Below are positions 60,239 through 64,000 of a stretch of 64,000 nt of DNA, in pieces. The stretch is taken from positions 2,432,001 through 2,496,000 of the forward strand of contig OZ245006.1 of NCBI GenBank assembly GCA_965223545.1, written 5' to 3'. The notes beneath the pieces were generated by a model, which was not told where the DNA came from, did no database searches, and worked only from the letters and a program-made list of their open reading frames with translations. The stretch is from Planctomycetota bacterium. GTDB lineage: Bacteria > Planctomycetota > UBA1135 > UBA2386. Both the position numbers and the translations under genes were made by a program. Every line of letters starts with the position of its first letter. Position 1 is the first letter of the stretch.

Positions 60239-60344
60239 CGGCGCCACTGGACGCAGAGTTTGCGCACCTGTCAAGTAGCCCGGACAGGCGCGGGGTGGCG
60301 CGAGATTCCATTGACGGTGCGAAGATCGGGGCCCGCACGGCACA

Positions 60345-62000
60345 ATGCTCAGCATGCGTGATTCTGCCCTGCTGCTGTTCTGCACACTCCCGGTCTTGTC
60401 GTGCAGCATGCCACCAGCCACTGCCGACAGCGACCCCGTCGCCGTGGCCGAGTCCCCGATCACCGCCGACCGCCTCGCCGCGGAGATTCGCTGGCTGTCG
60501 AGCGACCTGTTCGAGGGCCGTGGGGTCGGCACCCGGGGGGACGCGCTCACCCGCGCCTATCTGCGCAGCCAGTTCGAACAGATCGGACTCGAACCGGGCA
60601 ACGGCGACCGCTACGAGCAACCGGTGCCGATCATCGGCATCACGCCGCGCGTCACCCAACCGTTGAGCGCACGCGGCGCCGGCGGCGAGCTCACGTTCAG
60701 CGCACCCGACGACTACACCGCGGCGGCCGGCACCCCCGATGCGACGACGCAGTGGCGCGACGCCGAGCTGGTGTTCGTCGGCTACGGCATCGACGCACCG
60801 GAGCAGCAATGGGACGACTTCGGCGACTACGATCTCACCGGCAAGGTCGCGCTGGTGATGAACAACGACCCGTCCGGCGACCCGGAGCTGTTCGCCGGCG
60901 ACACGCGGCTCTACTACGGCCGTTGGTCCTACAAGTTCGAAGAGGCGGCGCGCCGCGGCGCGGTCGGCGCGATCGTCATCCACACCAACACCTCGGCCGG
61001 CTACCCGTTTCAGGTGATCCAAGCAACGCACGGCAAAGAGGCGTTTTGGCTGCCGTTCGAGGCCGGCATGCCGACCCTGCAGCTGCGCAGCTGGTGCAGC
61101 GAAGACGCAGCACGCAAGTTGGCCGCATTGGGTGGACACGACCTCGACGCGCTGCGCGCCAGCGCCGAGCAGCGCGCGTTCACCCCGGTGCCGCTCGGCG
61201 TCACCGTGGCGATGGCCACCGAGAACACCGTGCAAGAGGTGCCCTCGGCCAACGTCCTCGCCGTCCTTCCCGGGAGCGATCCGGCACTGCGCGACCAGTA
61301 CGTCGTGGTCACCGCTCACTTCGACCACCTCGGCATCGGCGCGGAGAAGAAGAACGACTCGATCTACAACGGCGCCTTGGACAATGCCTCCGGCACCGCC
61401 GCGATGCTGGCGATCGCGCGGGCGTGCGCCGCCTTGCGCCCCGCGCCGCGGCGCAGCCTGATGTTCGCGGCGGTGACTGCCGAGGAGTCCGGTCTGCTCG
61501 GCTCCCGGCACTTCTCGCGCTCCCCCACCGTGCCGGCGGCGCAGATCGTCGCCAACTTCAACATCGACGGCATCAACATCTGGGGCCCGACCCACGACAT
61601 CGGCATGATCGGCCACGGCAAGAACTCCCTCACCGCGCTGGCGGACGAGGTCGCCCAACGGCGCGGCCGCACACTGAAGCCCGACAGCCAGCCCGAGCTC
61701 GGTCTGTTCTACCGCTCCGACCACTTCTCGTTCGCTCGGATCGGCGTCCCCGCGGCGTTCTTCAAGGCCGGGAGTGACTTCCTCGAGAACAAGTCCGGCC
61801 GCGTGCGCGTCAAGACCATGTACACCACCGTGCACTACCACCAGCCGTCGGACGAGTACGACGACCGCTGGATCCTGGACGGGGCGGTGGAGGATGCCGA
61901 GCTGATCCTCGAGTGCTTGCTGCAAACCGCCAACGCCGATGCCCAGCCGCGCTGGACGCCCGGGGACGAGTTCGAGAAGCACTGGCAGCCGGCGCAGTAG
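60345..62000 (+). CDS. M28 family aminopeptidase with PA domain
   Basis: FEGRG, FVGYGI, AHFDHLG, GALDNASG, AEESGLLGS, RSDH, YHQPSD. Confidence 0.93.
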   Translation: MLSMRDSALLLFCTLPVLSCSMPPATADSDPVAVAESPITADRLAAEIRWLSSDLFEGRGVGTRGDALTRAYLRSQFEQIGLEPGNGDRYEQPVPIIGITPRVTQPLSARGAGGELTFSAPDDYTAAAGTPDATTQWRDAELVFVGYGIDAPEQQWDDFGDYDLTGKVALVMNNDPSGDPELFAGDTRLYYGRWSYKFEEAARRGAVGAIVIHTNTSAGYPFQVIQATHGKEAFWLPFEAGMPTLQLRSWCSEDAARKLAALGGHDLDALRASAEQRAFTPVPLGVTVAMATENTVQEVPSANVLAVLPGSDPALRDQYVVVTAHFDHLGIGAEKKNDSIYNGALDNASGTAAMLAIARACAALRPAPRRSLMFAAVTAEESGLLGSRHFSRSPTVPAAQIVANFNIDGINIWGPTHDIGMIGHGKNSLTALADEVAQRRGRTLKPDSQPELGLFYRSDHFSFARIGVPAAFFKAGSDFLENKSGRVRVKTMYTTVHYHQPSDEYDDRWILDGAVEDAELILECLLQTANADAQPRWTPGDEFEKHWQPAQ

Positions 62001-62028
62001 CGCTCGCGGGCGCTACGATCGGCTTGGA

Positions 62029-63600
62029 ATGCCCGACCGATCCACCACCCGAACCCTCTGCGTGCTCGCCAGTCTCGGCCTCGGCGCCGCGCTCACCGCC
62101 CAGCCAGCGCCGCGCACCGTGCCCGAGGAGAGCGAGCACGGGCGCACTTCGACGCACGACGAGGTGTCTGCCTTCGTCGACGCCGTGCTGGAGATGCCGG
62201 GCGCGGGCCGCCTGCGGGCTGGCACGCTCGGCGTGACCAACGAAGGCCGCGAGATCCTCACCGTGACCGCCGCCGTCCCGGTCCTGGCCGAAACGCGTGC
62301 CGACGCAGCCGGCGACCGGCTGCGAATCTTGATCAACGCCAACATCCACGGTGGCGAGGTGGAGGGCAAAGAGGCCTGCTTGATGCTGCTGCGGGAGATC
62401 GCCACCGGAGCTCACGATGCACTGCTGCGAGACGCGGTACTGCTGTTCGTGCCGGACTTCAACGCCGACGGCAACGACGCGCTGGCGGCCAACCAACGGC
62501 GCGGACAGAACGGGCCGCGGCAGATCGGCCGCCGCGCCAACGCGCAGGGGCTCGATCTCAACCGCGACTTCGTCAAGGCCGAGTCGCCCGAAGTGCGCGG
62601 CCTGCTCGGTGCGATCAAGGCCTTCGACCCGCACCTGTTCATCGATCTGCACACCACCAATGGTTCGCACCACGGCTACCACCTGACCTATGCGCCATCG
62701 CTGTCCGCCAACGTCGACGCCGAGCTCGATGGCTTCGCACGCCAAGACTTCCTGCCAGCGGTCACCGAGGCATTGCAAGAGCAAGACGGCTTCCGGGCGT
62801 TTCACTACGGCAACTTCGGTCGCGGTGAGACCAAGAGCTGGTCGACCTACGACCATCGACCGCGCTTCGGCACCAACTACTACGGCTTGCGCAACCGACT
62901 CGCGTTGTTGTCGGAGGCCTACGCCTACCTGGATTTCGCGACGCGCATCGCGGTGACGCGGGCCTTCGTGCTGCGCGCGGTCGGCGTCGCCGTCGAGACC
63001 GCCGACCGCATCCGCTCGTTGTGCGCGGCAGCCGACCGGCGACTGCTCGACGGAGACGAGATCGCGTTCGGCTTCGACACCGTACTCGGCGCGCCCCGCG
63101 ACGCCGAGGTCTTGGTCGGCAGCGTCGAGCGCGTTACCGGCGACGACGGCAGCCTGCGCTTGGTCGCCCATGACACCGTCACCGCCGAGCGGATGGCGGT
63201 CCGCGATCACTTCGTCGCTCGCCAGCACCGCCCCCTGCCGGAGGGCTGGCTGCTGGTCGCGCCGACCGCTGCGGCGCGCATGGCCCTCGAGCTGCACGGC
63301 CTCGACTTCGAGGAATTGGCCGACGCCCGCACCCTGGAGTGCGAGGTGTTCGTCACCGAGGAGCTGGTGCGCGCCCGCCGCGCGTTCCAGGGACACCACG
63401 AGCTGAGCGTGCGCGGCACTTGGGTCCGGCGCACTCAGGACTGCCCGGAGGGGAGCCTCTGGGTCCCGGCGCGCCAGCGCCTCGGCCGACTCGCCGCCCA
63501 GCTGCTCGAGCCCGAATCCGAGGACGGCCTGCTGACCTGGGGCGCACTCGACACGGGCGACGAAGCTCCTGCGCTACCGCTGCGAGTCCGCTCGCGGTAG
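62029..63600 (+). CDS. M14 family zinc carboxypeptidase
   Basis: Signal peptide, NIHGGEVEGKE, DLNRDF, DLHTTNG, LEPES. Confidence 0.9.
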   Translation: MPDRSTTRTLCVLASLGLGAALTAQPAPRTVPEESEHGRTSTHDEVSAFVDAVLEMPGAGRLRAGTLGVTNEGREILTVTAAVPVLAETRADAAGDRLRILINANIHGGEVEGKEACLMLLREIATGAHDALLRDAVLLFVPDFNADGNDALAANQRRGQNGPRQIGRRANAQGLDLNRDFVKAESPEVRGLLGAIKAFDPHLFIDLHTTNGSHHGYHLTYAPSLSANVDAELDGFARQDFLPAVTEALQEQDGFRAFHYGNFGRGETKSWSTYDHRPRFGTNYYGLRNRLALLSEAYAYLDFATRIAVTRAFVLRAVGVAVETADRIRSLCAAADRRLLDGDEIAFGFDTVLGAPRDAEVLVGSVERVTGDDGSLRLVAHDTVTAERMAVRDHFVARQHRPLPEGWLLVAPTAAARMALELHGLDFEELADARTLECEVFVTEELVRARRAFQGHHELSVRGTWVRRTQDCPEGSLWVPARQRLGRLAAQLLEPESEDGLLTWGALDTGDEAPALPLRVRSR

Positions 63601-63639
63601 CCGCCCGACTCCGGCGCGGGACTTGCGGGTCGGGCCAGC

Positions 63640-63966
63640 ATGCGCACACCCGTGTCCACTCTCCTGTCGCTCGCTCTGGGCGCGCTCACCGCCACCGCGG
63701 TGCTGACGCCGACTGCCACTCAACGGACCTCTGCGGCCTCGACGCCGGCTGCGAGCCGCGCGGAGGCGTGCGTGTTCGTCACCAGGCCGGCGCGTCTACC
63801 GTCCTGGAAGGCCGGCGAGTTGTATCGCCAGGACGACATGCTCAGCCAGGTCTACCAGGAGCTCGATGCCCTCGGCTACGACATCGATCACATCCAAACG
63901 ATGACGACCCAGCTGCGCGAGGAACTCTATCCCGAGCACCGCGTGGTCTTCTTCTGCCGGCGGTGA
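63640..63966 (+). CDS. Small exported hypothetical protein
   Basis: Hydrophobic N-terminus LLSLALGALTATAVL; 108-aa ORF. Confidence 0.55.
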   Translation: MRTPVSTLLSLALGALTATAVLTPTATQRTSAASTPAASRAEACVFVTRPARLPSWKAGELYRQDDMLSQVYQELDALGYDIDHIQTMTTQLREELYPEHRVVFFCRR

Positions 63967-64000
63967 CCCCGTCGGTGGTGGCCTACGAGACCAAGTCCTC

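Noticed and set aside
1..64000. CRISPR array, tRNA or rRNA genes
   Set aside because: No regularly spaced repeats, cas genes or recognisable structural RNA genes seen by eye; a covariance-model scan was not possible

Overview
High-GC bacterial DNA, densely coding. The gene content (planctomycete-type ECF sigma factor plus Ser/Thr kinase, DUF1800/DUF1501, BlaI/M56, sulfatase) suggests an uncultured Planctomycetota; this is inference. From left to right: the 5' half of a RAYT/Y1 transposase cut by the window edge; an ECF sigma/anti-sigma/PDZ operon; rnhA and several hydrolases; a chemosensory cluster (mcp-cheR-cheD-cheW-REC/CheX-cheB-cheA) followed by a dynamin-like GTPase; hutUHG; a sulfatase interrupted by an antisense group II intron with non-canonical termini; an IS1-like element with 22-bp inverted repeats; an ECF-kinase/FGE pair plus two orphans; an RNase R-like gene; an archaeal-type gatE-gatD operon; blaI-M56-DUF1800-DUF1501 behind a double palindromic operator; a hidden CxxU selenoprotein gene with a SECIS-like hairpin; modABC; two tandem secreted lamin-tail-domain proteins with cationic bacteriocin-like tails; a second dynamin-like paralog; hutF; and M28/M14 peptidases. 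The most notable items are GatDE in a bacterial context, the tandem LTD/cationic-tail proteins, the U1/G(n-1) group II intron, the recoded selenoprotein and the dynamin pair with an atypical G2 motif. All product calls come from motif recognition by eye; no database searches were run.
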